A stretch of DNA of 64,000 nt from Eledone cirrhosa. Lineage: Eukaryota. Numbering within the stretch: the first letter of the stretch is position 1; each line of letters opens with the position of its first letter. Below, in pieces: positions 1 through 14,669 of this stretch. The position numbers and the translations under genes were made by a program. The stretch spans positions 24,490,001-24,554,000 of the forward strand of contig OZ024763.1 of the NCBI GenBank assembly GCA_964016885.1, read 5' to 3'. The notes beneath the pieces are model-generated. The model was given only the letters and a program-made list of their open reading frames with translations. It was not told the origin of the DNA and searched no databases.

Positions 1-87
1 TATATATATATATATACACACACACATATATATACATACACACACACACATATATATATATATATACACATATATACACACACATAT

Positions 88-146
<59 letters not shown>

Positions 147-506
147 GGAGGTGAGTTTTATTGTAGCACAATAAAGCAATGCAAATATCGGATAAGTAGC
201 ACTCTACAGTTTGTAGGACTGGAGTATACATAATATAAGATCAAAAGATTATTATGTGAACATATTATTATGCGCATTTCAAAAACAACTATCATCATGA
301 GATGATATCTGCGTTTTCATCAGATAAAATAGAGATGATATGTTGATTTAAAAGTTCACTATTCACAAGTGTTTTTTAAGCTTCATATCATAGATCCCTA
401 TTTTATCTGATGAAAACGCAGATATCATCTCATGATGATATTTGTTTTTTAAATGCGCATAATAAAATACTTGGAACTCTTTTAACCATCTTTTGATCTT
501 ATATTA
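147..506 (-). mobile_element. Fold-back HHR-bearing element (family B-related), PLE-derived, in (TA)n
   Basis: Diverged inverted arms at ~231-340 and ~385-506, plus an unpaired tail at 147-230. TA tracts on both sides. HHR core in both arms. Confidence 0.7.
262..331 (-). ncRNA. Type I hammerhead ribozyme motif
   Basis: Minus strand reads tattttat CTGATGA aaac...gttttt GAAA TGCGCA TA ataata, with palindromic stem III ATGCGCAT. The mirror copy at 399-469 (+) has TAAA in place of GAAA and a perfect stem I tattttat/ataaaata. Confidence 0.7.
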
Positions 507-524
507 AATATATATATCTATATA

Positions 525-653
<129 letters not shown>

Positions 654-933
654 GCATATGTGTGTGTGTGTATATATATATATTTGTGCATGTATATATA
701 TATATCCGATCCAAATATGGAAGCGTGTCAGGTGTTATGAGCTGTGTGAGAAAATCACTTTTTTTTTTCAAATCATAGGGCTCCCACCCCCTCCTGTCCC
801 TCCTCCTGCCCCTCCTCCTCCTCATCATCATCATCGCTACAAGCATAATCTTCCTACACCTCCTCCATCTTCTCTTCTACATTAAAGTCACACTTACCGC
901 CCCCTCTCTCTCCCTCCTATTCTCTCTTTCACC

Positions 934-964
<31 letters not shown>

Positions 965-1318
965 TCACTCTCTCTCTTTCTCTTTCTCTCGCTCTCTCTT
1001 TCTTCCTCCCTCACCCTCTCTCTCTCTCACTCCCTCTCTCCCTCTCTCTAACTCACTCTCTCACTCCACTCCACCTCTCTCTCTCTCCCTGTCTCTCGCT
1101 TGCTCTCACCCCCCCCTCTCTCCTAGATATCTTCAACTCCCCCTCCCCAGTCCGCCATCTTTCCTACCCGTGTGTGCCGCCATATTGTCGCCTTTATCCC
1201 CGTTTTTCCCCCTATTTTTCCTTTTTCCTTTTATTTTTCTCAAAAATGATTGAAACCTCCATTGCGCCATGAACTCCTTGCTGCCATGTGGGACACTTAT
1301 GGCACACACACACACACA

Positions 1319-1910
1319 CATGTACACCTAACCACATACACACACACACATGTACACCTAACCACATACACACACACACATGTACACCTAACAACACACA
1401 CACACACACATGTACACCTAACCACATATATACACACACATGTACACCTAACCACATACATACACACACATGTACACCTAACCACACACATACACACACA
1501 TGTACACCTAACCACATATATACACACACACATTCATACACACACATACATACACACACATGTACACCTAACCACATACATACATACACATGTACACCTA
1601 ACCACATACATACACACACATGTACACCTAACCACATACATACACACACATGTACACCTAACCACACACACACACACACATGTACACCTAACCACATACA
1701 TACACACACATGTACACCTAACCACATACATACACACACATGTACACCTAACCACACACACACACACACATGTACACCTAACCACATACATACACACACA
1801 TGTACACCTAACCACACACACACACACACACATTCATACACACACATACATACACACACATGTACACCTAACCACATACATACACACACATGTACACCTA
1901 ACCATATACA
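1319..1910. repeat. 30-bp minisatellite (tgtacacctaaccacatacatacacacaca)n
   Basis: About 18 tandem units directly visible. Confidence 0.95.
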
Positions 1911-2689
1911 CATACACACACAGACACATACACAGACAGACATATACACATTCATACACACCTATACACATTCATACACACCTATACACATGCATGCATA
2001 CACGCATTCATACACACACACATACACATATACACACACACATACATACACACACATACACACACATGTACACCTAACCACATACACACACACACATTCA
2101 TACACACATATACACATACGCACACAGACACAGACACACAAACACACATATACACATACACACATTCATACACACATATACGCATACACACACAGACACA
2201 TACACAGACAGACACATACACATTCATACACCCCTATACACATACATGCATACACGCATTCATACACACACACATACCCATACACATATACACATACACA
2301 CACGTCTATGAACAGATATGCACACATATTCATAGGCACACACTCACACATACACATACATACACATACACATATCGCGCACACACCGCACACAAAGATA
2401 CACACACAGAGCTCTGGCACGAATGCACACAAACACATATATATGTATATATATAAACACACCATAAGCATACACACACATACAAACACACTCAGACATG
2501 CACACACCATAATGTGCATGTGTATACATAAACACAATAGGAATTGTACTACAAAGTGTGTTACATATACACACATTAATGCATACATTACAGTAATAGA
2601 AAGGTGCACGCAGCTACTCAGAAAAAATTAATAAATTTGCATATATTTGCACCTGCATCTTACACACGTATTGTATGTGTGTATGTGTA

Positions 2690-2726
<37 letters not shown>

Positions 2727-2792
2727 CACACATAAACACACACACACACTCACGCACATATATATATATATATATTTATGTATATATGTATG

Positions 2793-2850
<58 letters not shown>

Positions 2851-2890
2851 TGTATGAATACACGCGTATGAATATATATATGTATAACAA

Positions 2891-2933
<43 letters not shown>

Positions 2934-3304
2934 ACACACATACACATACGAACACAATACAATATAATTTATGTATTTGTATGAGTGTATGACACAGTGT
3001 GTATGTATATAATATATATTCGTGAGTGTGTGTGTTAGTGTGTGTGTGGGTGTAATATGTAAATATACTTCTTGAAAGATACCACCCCCTCCCCCTCCTC
3101 TAACGCCCCCTCCCCCTCACACCGAAATATTTAAATGAAATTAAAACCAAATTGAAAACAAAACGTCTGTTGATAAGATGAGAGAGACATCGTAAATGTA
3201 TTGAATAAATAGTTGTTACCATGGCGACAAATGTCTAATAATAATGATGATGATGATGATGACGATGACAACAATAGCCATAATAACATTGACAATAATT
3301 ATAA

Positions 3305-3500
3305 TAATTGTTTCTACTTTTGGTACAAGGCCAGCAATTACCCCAGTGCATTACTGGTACTTTATTTTATCGACCCCTGTAAGGGTAGGATGAAAGGCAA
3401 AGCTAACTTCGACGGGATTTGAAATCATAACTTATAGGGCCATAACTCTATGCCGCAAAGGATGGTGTCCGACGCTCTACCGATATTGCCCATCCCCCAA
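3305..3500 (-). mobile_element. SINE family D, diverged copy
   Basis: Matches the 18038-18223 copy (gtttctact...ggcacaaggccagcaatt...ggtactttattttatcgaccc...). Has an (AAT)n tail. Confidence 0.85.
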
Positions 3501-3514
3501 CCAATAATAATAAT

Positions 3515-3710
3515 AATGGTTTCTTATATAGGCGCAAGGCCAGCAATTGGGGGGGGGGAGTCTTTTAGATCAATCCCAGTGCATTACTGGTACTTTACTT
3601 ATCGACCCCTGTTAACCTCGGCGAGATTTGAACTCAGACCGTAAAGGGCCATTACTCTATGCTGAAAAGCATGCTGTCTGACCCTCTACCGATACTGAAA
3701 ATCCACCGCC
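3515..3710 (-). mobile_element. SINE family D, diverged copy in tandem with the previous one
   Basis: Same family, ending in ...atccaccgcc (the 5' end on the minus strand). Confidence 0.85.
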
Positions 3711-3804
3711 CAATAATAATAATATTAATAATAATAATAATATTGACTAAAATGAGAATTCTGATGAGTAGAATAGTGTGGAAATATACTTAGTATTGAT
3801 AATG

Positions 3805-3835
<31 letters not shown>

Positions 3836-6290
3836 TGTGGTGGTGGTGTTGTTGTTGGTGTGGTGGTGGTGTTGGTGGTGTGGTGGTGGTGTTGTTGGTG
3901 TGGTGGTGGTGGTGTTGGTGGTGGTGGTGTGGTGGTGATGTTGTTGTTGGTGTGGTGGTGGTGTTGGTGGTGTGGTGGTGGTGTTGTTGGTGTGGAGGTG
4001 GTGGTGGTGGTGGTGTTGGTGTGGTGGTGGTGGTGGTGGTGGTGGTGGTAGTAGTGTGGTGGTGATGTTGTTGTTGGTGTGGTGGTGGTGTTGTTGGTGT
4101 GGTGGTGGTGGTGGTGGTGTTGGTGTGGTGGTGGTGTTGTGTTGGTGGTGGTGTGTTGGTTGTTGGTGGTGTTGTTGTGTGGTGTGTGTTGGTGTGGTGG
4201 TGGTGTGTTGTTGTTGGTGTGGTGGTGGTGTGGTGGTGTGGTGGTGGTGGTGGTGGTGTGGTGTGGTGGTGGTGTTGTTGGTGTGGTGGTGGTGTTGTTG
4301 TGGTGGTGGTGTTGGTGGTGTGGTGGTGGTGGTGTTGGTGTGGTGGTGGTGTTGTTGGTGTGGTGGTGGTGTTGTTGGTGTGGTGGTGGTGTGTGGTGGT
4401 GTGTGGTGGTGGTGGTGGTGGGTGTGGTGTGTGGTGGGTGGTGTGTTGTTGGTGTGGTGTGGTGGTGGGTGGTGGTGGTGTGTTGTTGGTGGTGGTGGTG
4501 TTGGTGGTGGTGGTGGTGGTGGTGGTGGTGTTGGTGTGGTGTGGGTTGTGGTGTGGTGGGGTACTGTTGGTGTGGTGGTGGTGTTGGTGGTGTGGTGGTG
4601 GTGGTGTTGGTGTGGTGGTGGTGTGTGTGTGGTGCGTGGTGTTGTTGGTGTGGTGGTGGTGGTGTGGTGGTGGTGGTGTGGTGTTGGTGTGGTGGTGGTG
4701 TTGTTGGTGTGGTGGTGGTGTTGTTGGTGGTGGTGTTGTTGGTGGTGTGGTGGTGGTGTGGTGTGTTGGTGTGGTGGTGGTGTTGTTGGTGGTGTGGTGG
4801 TGGTGTTGGTGGTGTGGTGGTGGTGGTGGTGGTGTTGGTGTGGTGGTGGTGTTGTTAGTGTGGTGGTGGTGTTGTTGGTGTGGTGGTGGTGGTGGGTGTT
4901 GGTGTGGTGGTGGTGTTGGTGGTGTGGTGGTGGTGGTGGTGGTGTTGGTGTGGTGGTGTGTGTGGTGTGGTGGTGGTGTTGTTGGTGTGGTGGTGGTGTT
5001 GTGGTGTGGTGGTGGTGGTGTGGTGGTGGTGGTGGTGTTGTGGTGTGGTGGTGGTGTTGTTGGTGGTGGTGTTGTGGTGGTGTGGTGGTGGTGGTGGTGT
5101 GTTGGTGTGGTGGTGGTGTGGTGGTGGTGTTGGTGGTGTGGTGGTGGTGGTGGTGGTGGTGGTGTTGGTGTGGTGGTGGTGTTGTTGGTGTGGTGGTGGT
5201 GTGTTGGTGTGGTGGTGGTGGTGGTGGTGTGGTGTGGTGGTGGTGTTGGTGGTGTGGTGGTGGTGGTGGTGGTGTTGGTGTGGTGGTGGTGTTGTTGGTG
5301 TGGTGGTGGTGTTGTTGGTGTGGTGGTGGTGTGGTGGTGGTGGTGGGTGGTGTTGGTGTGGTGGTGGTGTTGTTGGTGTGGTGGTGGTGTGTTGGTGTGG
5401 TGGTGGTGGTGTGGTGGTGGTGGTGGTGGTGGTGGTGGTGGTGTGGGTGTGGTGGGTGTGGTGGTGGTGGTGGTGGTGTGGTGGTGGTGGTGGTGGTGTG
5501 GTGTGGTGGTGGTGTTGTGGTGTGGTGGTGGTGTGTGTGGTGTGGTGGTGGTGTGGTGGTGGGGTGGTGGTGGTGGTGGTGTTGGTGTGGTGGTGGTGTG
5601 TGGTGTGGTGGTGGTGTGTTGGTGTGGTGGTGGTGTGGTGGTGTGGTGGTGGTGGTGTGGGTGTGGTGGTGGTGTTGTGGTGTGGTGGTGGTGTTGTGGT
5701 GTGGTGGTGGTGGTGTGGTGGTGGTGGTGGTGGTGTGGTGTGGTGGTGGTGTGTTGGTGTGGTGGTGGTGTGTGGTGGTGGTGTTGTTGGCGGTGTGGTG
5801 GTGGTGGTGGTGGTGTGTTGGTGTGGTGGTGGTGTGTGGTGGTGTGGTGGTGGTGTTGTGTTGTTTGTGGTGGTGGTGGTGTTGTTGGTGTTGGTGGTGG
5901 TGGTGTTGCTGTTGGTGGTGGTGGTGTTGTTGTTGGTGGTGGTGGTGGTGGTGTTGCTGTTGTTGGTGGTGGTGGTGTTGCTGTTGGTGGTGGTGGTGTT
6001 GCTGTTGTTGTTGGTGGTGGTGGTGTGGTGGTGGTGGTGTTGCTGTTGGTGGTGGTGGTGGTGTTGCTGTTGTTGCTGTTATTGTTGGTGGTGGTGTTGT
6101 TGGTGGTGTGGTGGTGTTGTTGGTGGTGTGGTGGTGGTGGAGGTGCTGTTATTGTTGGTGGTGGTGGTGTTGTTGGTGGTGTGGTGGTGGCGTTGTTGCT
6201 GTTGTCGCTGTTATTGTTGGTGGTGGTGTTGTTGGTGGTGTGGTGGTGGTGGAGGTGCTGTTATTGTTGGTGGTGGTGGTGTTGTTGGGT
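3805..6290. repeat. Degenerate (GGT/GTT/GT)n low-complexity array
   Basis: ~2.5 kb of almost pure G+T on the plus strand. Confidence 0.95.
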
Positions 6291-6537
6291 TGTGATTATT
6301 ATGTTGATGATGATGATGATAATGATGGTGATGATTTTGATGATGATGACGGTGATAATGATGATAATTCTGATGGTTTTGATGATAACGATGATGATTA
6401 GTATAACTGTGAATATGTTGGTGGTGGTAACGACGATGATGATGATGATGATGATGATTAGTATGACTTTGAACATGTTTTTAGTGGTCGTGACCATGAT
6501 GATGATGATGATGATGATGGTGATTACGATGATAATA

Positions 6538-6895
6538 GCGCTATGGGATTCCACTATTCAAACGAACCATAGACTTGAACACATCACATGTGATAATATT
6601 GTAGTCATACACAGAAATAGGACTGAATGTCAGATTATTGACGTTCTTATCCCAGGGGACCACAAAAGAGAGTTAAAAAATATTGAAGAAAAATAACAAA
6701 ATTTGCTGTCTTGAAGATGGAAATTTCTCGAAAGAGGTTAATACCACCGCACAACATCAATATATTTCTAGTTTTTATCGGAGCTCTGGGGTCAATACCA
6801 CAAAAGCTAAGACGTGGTTTATCTGAAACAAACAAAAATTGACAAAAAGTAACAAAATATACTGACTTGAAGATTGAAATTGGGAAAACGTTACG
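6538..6895 (+). pseudogene. Restriction-like endonuclease fragment of a non-LTR retrotransposon (R4/Dong-like)
   Basis: Translation LWDSTIQTNHRLEHITCDNIVVIHRNRTECQIIDVLIPGD...EEK, continuing after frameshifts to IGALGSIPQKL. Fits the LWD-IQTD-(R)PD-IIDV-P-D-EK-KY-IGALG pattern. Follows a (GAT)n tract. Confidence 0.8.
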
Positions 6896-7019
6896 GGTTT
6901 ATGGAAGCCTAAAGATGTAATTATAATTTATCAGTGATAAAAAGTAAAATATAATGTTCAGTAACTAAAGATGTTATGTGAACTATCATACACTGGGGGG
7001 GGGGGGGGAGGAGGAGAAG

Positions 7020-7265
7020 TTGGTTAAATCGATCCCCGTCCATTACAAGTACTTTATTTTATCAAAGGGCTGAAGATTTTGCTTGGGGTGGGTTTCTTTT
7101 CTGAAGACTTTCTGCTGTCCAGCTCACCTGAGAGTTGGTTACCACCATCGAACGTGTAGATATGAAAGGCAAAGCTAACCTCCGAAAGATTTGTACTCAG
7201 AACATTAAGGAACGTAACTATATGCCGCAAAGCATGTTATGTGACGTTCTACGGATACTGCTAAT
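7020..7265 (-). mobile_element. SINE family D, old copy with an internal insertion
   Basis: Contains tactttattttatc and atgaaaggcaaagctaacctcc...ggatactgc, separated by ~95 bp of unrelated sequence. Confidence 0.6.
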
Positions 7266-9258
7266 ACAATAATGACAGCAATGATAACAAGAACAATATG
7301 TATAAGAAGAATAACAAAGTTAAAAATAATATTTACACACATATAATGTATACATATATATACATACATGCAGGCCTCTATACATACATACACACATGCA
7401 TACATACAGACATACGTATATACATACATATCTAAATAGATACATGCATACACACACACATATATATATATACATACATAAATGCATACGGACATACATA
7501 TATACATATATATCCATGCATAAACATACATATACGTATACATATAAGCACATACATACACACATACACAGGCGTATACATATAAGCACATGCATACATT
7601 CATACACGTATAGATATAAGCACATACATACATACACAGACGTATACATGTAAGCACATACATGTATACATATAACCACATACTTACATACACAGACTTA
7701 TACATATAAGCACATACATCCATACACACACACAGCCAGCAATACCCCCCCCCCCCCTCTTCCCAACCACACACACACAAAGAAGGTTCTCTTTTTAACT
7801 GGAATTTTCTCGTCGAAAACTTTTGGCACTGAACCAACCGTTAAAGAAATCACACAAACATATACACACATATACACACATACATACACACACATACACA
7901 CCTACACACTTATGCACACAACAACAACAACAACAGCAACAACAACAACTACAAGGAAATGAAGATAGGAATGGTGACATGTTCGGCAGATCTTTGAAAG
8001 AAACATAATTAGACAGAGTTTATAAACGGTGGATTATTGTAGTCAGATATATATATACAGAGAGAGTGAAAGAAAGAGAGGGAGGGTGAGAGAGGCGGGG
8101 AGAGGGAGGGGCAGATTCATATATATATATATATATGTAGAGAAAGAGAGAGACGGGAGACACATATACAGAGAGGGAGAGAGAGAGAGAGATACATATA
8201 CATAGAGAGAGAGAGAGAGAGAGTAAGAGGAGAGGAGACACACACACACGTATACACATATAAACATACACACACAATCACATAAAGAAGGAGAGTGGGT
8301 GGGGGAGATACACAGATAAATACATACATATACACACATATATATATATACACACATACGTATCAGTTCACACACATATATATATATATATATACACATA
8401 CAAACACACATATATTTACACATACATACACACACATATATATGTATACACACATACTCACGCAAACACACACACGCACACATATGTATATGTATATATA
8501 TATATTTATATACGTGCATACACACACACATACATACACACATATACACTTACATACACACATACACAAATATACAGACACACAGTTACACACACACAAA
8601 CACAGATACACACAGATACACACACACGCACATACACACATATATATATATACATGTGTGTGTATATATATATATATTTATATAGGTGCATACACACATA
8701 CATACACGCATATATACACACATATATACACATATACATACACACATATACACATACACACACATACACACATACACACACACAGATACACACGCACATG
8801 CGCACACAGCTAAAGAAATTGGGGAGTATTTTTGGAAAGAGTCTAAAAACGATATTGGAAGCAGATCAGAAAAATGGCGGTTGAGAGTTTTCCTACAATC
8901 ACAGCCGATATTATAGCGAGGGAAAGATTAAATGATAGAGATGGAGAAACAGAAGGGGTGAGTGAGTCTATGTGTGTGAGTCCAGGTGTTTGGGTGTGGG
9001 TTTGTTGTGTGTGTATGTATATATATATATATACATATATATATTATGATTATATATATATGTATATATATATATGTATATATATATGTATATATATGTA
9101 TATATATATATGTGTATATATATACATATATATATATGTATATATAAGTATATGTATATATAAGTATATGCATATATAAGTATATGTATATATAAGTATA
9201 TGTATATATGTATATATATATATATATAATATATATATATAATATATATATATATATA

Positions 9259-9295
<37 letters not shown>

Positions 9296-9341
9296 GACAT
9301 ATATATATGTATATATAAGTATATATATATGTATATATAAC

Positions 9342-9418
<77 letters not shown>

Positions 9419-9429
9419 ACATGTATATA

Positions 9430-9497
<68 letters not shown>

Positions 9498-9510
9498 CAT
9501 ATATATATAC

Positions 9511-9544
<34 letters not shown>

Positions 9545-9566
9545 ACATATATATATATATACATAC

Positions 9567-9601
<35 letters not shown>

Positions 9602-9683
9602 GTGGAATTGGTAAAGACATACTGTAGAAAATTACAAGGTAAGCAAAGAAAATGAACATAAATCAACCAAATTGCATGAAACG

Positions 9684-10125
9684 ACAACAACAACAACAAC
9701 AACTCTACTTAAATACAACAACAACAACACCAGTACCTACACATAACAACAACGCTACCCACATCAACAACAACTGCATCCACAGCAGCAAAAACAACAG
9801 CAACAACAACAATCGGAACTGCAACGACAGCAGCAACAACAACAACAACAACAACAACAACAGCAACAACAACTGCATCCACAGCAGCAAAAACAACAAT
9901 AACAATAACAATCGGAATTGCACCGTCAGCAGCAACAACAACAACAACAACAATAACAGAAACAACAACTGCATCCACAGCAGCAAAAACAACAGCAACA
10001 ACAACAATCGGAACTGCAACGTCAGCAGCAGCAACAACAACAACAACAGCAACAACAACTGCATCCACAGCAGCAAAAACAACAACAGTAACAATCACAA
10101 CAACAACAACAACACCAACAACGAC
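9684..10125. repeat. (AAC)n-rich array with a ~90-100 bp higher-order unit
   Basis: The blocks aactgcatccacagcagcaaaaacaac and aatcggaactgc recur. Confidence 0.85.
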
Positions 10126-10311
10126 AAGAGGAATCATTATAGTAATTTCTGTACAACAATTGGAACATGTATCGATATATATATATCAAAGTAGCATATA
10201 TAGTTCGGGTCTATAACAGGGAATTATTTCTGTGTCTCTCTCTCTATATATATATATATGTATATGTATATATATGTATGTATACATATATATATATATG
10301 TATGTGTATGT

Positions 10312-10377
<66 letters not shown>

Positions 10378-10383
10378 GTATGT

Positions 10384-10457
<74 letters not shown>

Positions 10458-10601
10458 ACATATATATATATGTATACATACATATATATATATATATGTA
10501 TACATACATATATATATATATATATGTATACATACATATATATGTATACATACATATATATATATATATGTATACATACATATATATATATATATGTATG
10601 T

Positions 10602-10639
<38 letters not shown>

Positions 10640-10670
10640 ACATATATATATATATATATATACGTATATA

Positions 10671-10701
<31 letters not shown>

Positions 10702-10784
10702 ATATGTATGTATATTTATATATATGTATATATATATATATTTATATATATGTATGTATATTTATATATATGTATATATATATG

Positions 10785-10904
<120 letters not shown>

Positions 10905-10934
10905 CATATGTATATATATATATATATATATATA

Positions 10935-11320
10935 AACATGAGAAGAAAGAAGAATACTGCGTGGTTTGCAAATGGGTTACATATGAATAAAGTTAGTCCT
11001 TCGTCAGTGATTTTCCAACCATCATTGGTATTTCATCGCATTAAAAATCAGATACCTCAGGTTGTTGCGAGCAATAATCTAAAAAAAGTTATTGGGACCA
11101 GTAATCGCGTAAAGCGAGGGGGACAAGTAAACAACATAGAAGGATAAAAGCAAACTGAAGATAGGAAAAGAAACAAGCAACATGGTTGTCCGGTCAGCAT
11201 AAACTGGGTGGATTTCATGAGCGAGAGAGGTATAGACCGTGTTGATGTGTGTGAGATGTGAGCAAAAAGAGACCCACACAAGCCAAACGGGAGGAACTGA
11301 GAAGGGGAGAAACTGGCACA
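10935..11320. repeat. Dispersed repeat family H (second copy ~45345-45780), TA-flanked
   Basis: Shares aatactgc...agtcct..tcagtgattt...atttcat.gcattaaaaatca.atacctca with the 45345 copy. Confidence 0.6.
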
Positions 11321-11339
11321 TGCATGTATGTGTGTATGA

Positions 11340-11391
<52 letters not shown>

Positions 11392-11418
11392 GTGCATGAA
11401 TGTATATATATATATATA

Positions 11419-12091
11419 TGCAAAAGTTCTATTTAAATTGTTGGTATACAACAAGCAAATATTTTATAACTGATATAAAGCACTCGACAAGTATTTGGAG
11501 TAAATATACGATATTAACAAATGGAAACTATATTTATAAAACCATATCTATTTTATTATACATATTTCAAGGATGCCATGTTAAATGATGGTATGCTTTC
11601 ATCAGACAAAATACAATATATACCAGTTTTATAATTAAATTTTGACATAACCTTTCAAAATGCAACCGTTACATTTGGAAGACATCAGGGATATTGGATT
11701 TGTTTATCTTAGTAAGTCATTGTGTTACGGAGAAGGAAAAAAGTCGGAGAGAGAAAAACCGAGAGAGAGAAAAGTGGAGAAAGAAAGAAAGGGAGATATT
11801 TCCCTTTCTTTCTTTCTCCACTTTTCTCTCTCTCGGTTTTTCTCTCTCCGACTTTTTTCCTTCTCCGTAACACAATGACTTACTAAGATAAACAAATCCA
11901 ATATCCCTGATGTCTTCCAAATGTAACGGTTGCATTTTGAAAGGTTATGTCAAAATTTATTTATAAAACTGTTATATATTGTATTTTGTCTGATGAAAGC
12001 ATACCATCATTTAACATGGCATCCTTGAAATATGTATAATAAAATAGATATAGTTTTATAAATATAGTTTCCATTTGTTAATATCGTATAT
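11419..12091 (-). mobile_element. Fold-back element family B: 588-bp near-perfect palindrome plus 85-bp tail
   Basis: Arms 11504-11797 and 11798-12091 are reverse complements with no loop; the mirrored ORFs 11660+ and 11717- in the track confirm this. Tail at 11419-11503. (TA)n flanks. Confidence 0.9.
11982..12046 (+). ncRNA. Type I hammerhead ribozyme motif (mirror copy 11549-11613, minus)
   Basis: TATTTTGT CTGATGA aagcataccat-catttaac-atggcatcctt GAAA TATGTA TA^ATAAAATA. Stem I is 8 bp and the core is intact. Confidence 0.8.
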
Positions 12092-12174
12092 ATATATATA
12101 TGTGTGTGTGTATATATATACATATGTATATATATATATATATAAACATATATATTTATATGTATATATATACT

Positions 12175-12278
<104 letters not shown>

Positions 12279-12386
12279 TATATTTATATATATACATATA
12301 TATACATATATATATACATATATATATACATATATATACATATATATAAATATATATATGTATATATATATATATACATATATATG

Positions 12387-12436
<50 letters not shown>

Positions 12437-12507
12437 TATAAGTATATATATACATAGAAATATATATGTATATATATGTATATATATATACATATGTATA
12501 TATATAT

Positions 12508-12540
<33 letters not shown>

Positions 12541-12762
12541 CACACTCATACAAATATATATATACATATATATATATGTATATGTATCTATGTATATATA
12601 TGTGTGTGTATGTAAGTGTGCATATATGTAATTATATATATGTGTATGTATGTATGTAGCGGTATATATATATATGTATATGTAAGTTAAACGTATGTAT
12701 GTCAGTATGTATATTTGTGTTTTGTGTGTATAGATGCAATTTATGTAAGCATATATATATAT

Positions 12763-12883
12763 AAGAAATATGGTGTGGTAAGAAACCAGGTGGACCATAA
12801 CGCACCAGAGTACTCAATACTTAGGGTAGTAGAGTGGGTAATAGGATAAGAACCAGGACCCCGACGGCAGAGCTCCGGCCGTT
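12763..12883 (-). mobile_element. Family A (PLE 3' end) fragment
   Basis: aaccaggtggaccataacgcaccagagtactcaatac...gaccccgacggc matches 34095-34200. Confidence 0.85.
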
Positions 12884-12902
12884 TATATACATATATATAT
12901 AC

Positions 12903-12956
<54 letters not shown>

Positions 12957-13184
12957 AGTTTAGCGAGGTTTTTTATATGAAATCGTGTGCCGAAACAAAT
13001 ATTGTTATACTTGGGGAGGGTCATATTTGTGTAATATTGCCAGAATTAATAACAGAACACACTCACTGTTTGGTTGGTTTTCGCTTCTCGCTGTCTTTTA
13101 TATCTGCGATCTAACTTACTCGGTCCTCAATGTTGCCATTGACTGACCGACGGTCAAAAATAATACAGATACAATATAGACACA

Positions 13185-13256
13185 AACACATATATATAGT
13201 TTACATAATTTACATAAATCTTTCGTTGCACATCTGCAACATCGTCAGTGGTGTTA
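13185..13256 (-). ncRNA. Hammerhead-like motif in the inverted pLTR
   Basis: Minus strand reads aacacca CTGACGA t GTTGCA gatg TGCAAC GAAA gatttatg. Core and stem II are clear; stems I and III are imperfect. Confidence 0.55.
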
Positions 13257-13440
13257 TATTTTTTCCTCCTGTTGTGTTGTATGTCTACGCCATTTTTTAT
13301 TCAGTCTGTCTATATATTTATTTATTTATTTGCTTGTTTGTTTATTTTATTTTGTCTTCTTTGCGCATGCGTTTGCGTGTGTGTATAGTGTTATGTTTGC
13401 TGTGTGACTAGTGTGTATAGTGTTGTGTCTGCTGGGTGAC

Positions 13441-13770
13441 ACAAGATGTACAGAGGGTACTTGCAGAAACATGACAACAACATACATAGGTGAGACAGCT
13501 CGTAGCATAGGTGAAAGGGTAGACCAACACTGGGGGGAACTAAAAGGACGAAAAAACGGGTCAGTACTATACGAACATGCTAGACAACAACATGACGGTA
13601 ACATAGACAACATAGAAATTAGAATAATATCTAAACATAGGAATGACCCAGCAGATAGGCAAATCAGAGAGGCCAGTGAAATAGAAATTAGAAGACCAAA
13701 GCTAAACAGAAAGAATGAGTGGAACAACAACAACACCCAAACAAACAACACTGACCTAAGAGAAGTATAA
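13441..13770 (+). pseudogene. PLE GIY-YIG endonuclease C-terminal fragment
   Basis: CTEGTC...TYIGETARSIGERVDQH...LYEHARQQH...RQIREASEI...LNRKNEW carries the YIG, R, H, E and N motifs. Confidence 0.85.
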
Positions 13771-14050
13771 ATAAGTAAATAAAATAAAATAAAATAAGAT
13801 AAATAAATACATACACAAGCACAATAACAACAAGCACATAAACACACACTAGTCACCCAGCAGACACAACACTATACACACTAGTCACACAGCAAACATA
13901 ATACTATACACACACGCAAACGCATGCGCAAAGAAGACAAAATAAAATAAACAAACAAGCAAATAAATAAATAAATATATAGACAGACTGAATAAAAAAT
14001 GGCGTAGACATACAACACAACAGGAGGAAAAAATGACCCTCCCCAAGTAT

Positions 14051-14261
<211 letters not shown>

Positions 14262-14267
14262 TATATT

Positions 14268-14485
14268 GAAGGCGTGTGGCTGAGTGGTTAGAGAATTGGA
14301 TTCGCAATCGTAAGGATGTGAGTTCGATTCCTGGACCAGGCGATGCGTTATGTCCTTGAGCAAGACACTTTATTTCACGTTGCTCCTTCTACCTGGAGTT
14401 GCGACCGATAGATAGTATTAGCAATTGGAAAGACCAACGGAAACATTGTTCCCTCGGTCCGATTTGACGAAAGTCGATCGTTCCT
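14268..14485 (+). mobile_element. tRNA-derived SINE family C
   Basis: A box TGGCTGAGTGG, B box GTTCGATTCC, central tgtccttgagcaagacacttta. Ends in gatcgttcc(ta)n. Confidence 0.85.
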
Positions 14486-14577
14486 ATATATATATGTATA
14501 TATATATATGTATATATATATATGTATATATGTATATATATATATATATATATACACATAAATATATATATATATAT

Positions 14578-14609
<32 letters not shown>

Positions 14610-14623
14610 ACATACATATATAT

Positions 14624-14664
<41 letters not shown>

Positions 14665-14669
<5 letters not shown>

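Noticed and set aside
1319-1910. CRISPR-like regular 30-bp repeats (also 53745-55149)
   Set aside because: No unique spacers, no cas genes, and a eukaryotic context.
3778-6696. Long ORFs of 809, 865 and 471 aa
   Set aside because: These are stop-free GGT/GT repeats. Only the last ~50 codons (endonuclease remnant) are meaningful.
9652-10194. Poly-Q/N ORF resembling a transcription-factor exon
   Set aside because: An AAC microsatellite with no domain or splice evidence.
11660-11935. Two near-identical 72-aa ORFs on opposite strands
   Set aside because: A by-product of the palindrome.
11419-12091. MITE or foldback DNA transposon interpretation
   Set aside because: The one-sided tail, variable fold point, internal ribozyme and identical layout around PLE ORFs argue for a retroelement. 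A TA TSD cannot be excluded inside (TA)n.
14271-14345. Possible tRNA gene
   Set aside because: It is the head of a multi-copy SINE and lacks a proper acceptor stem.
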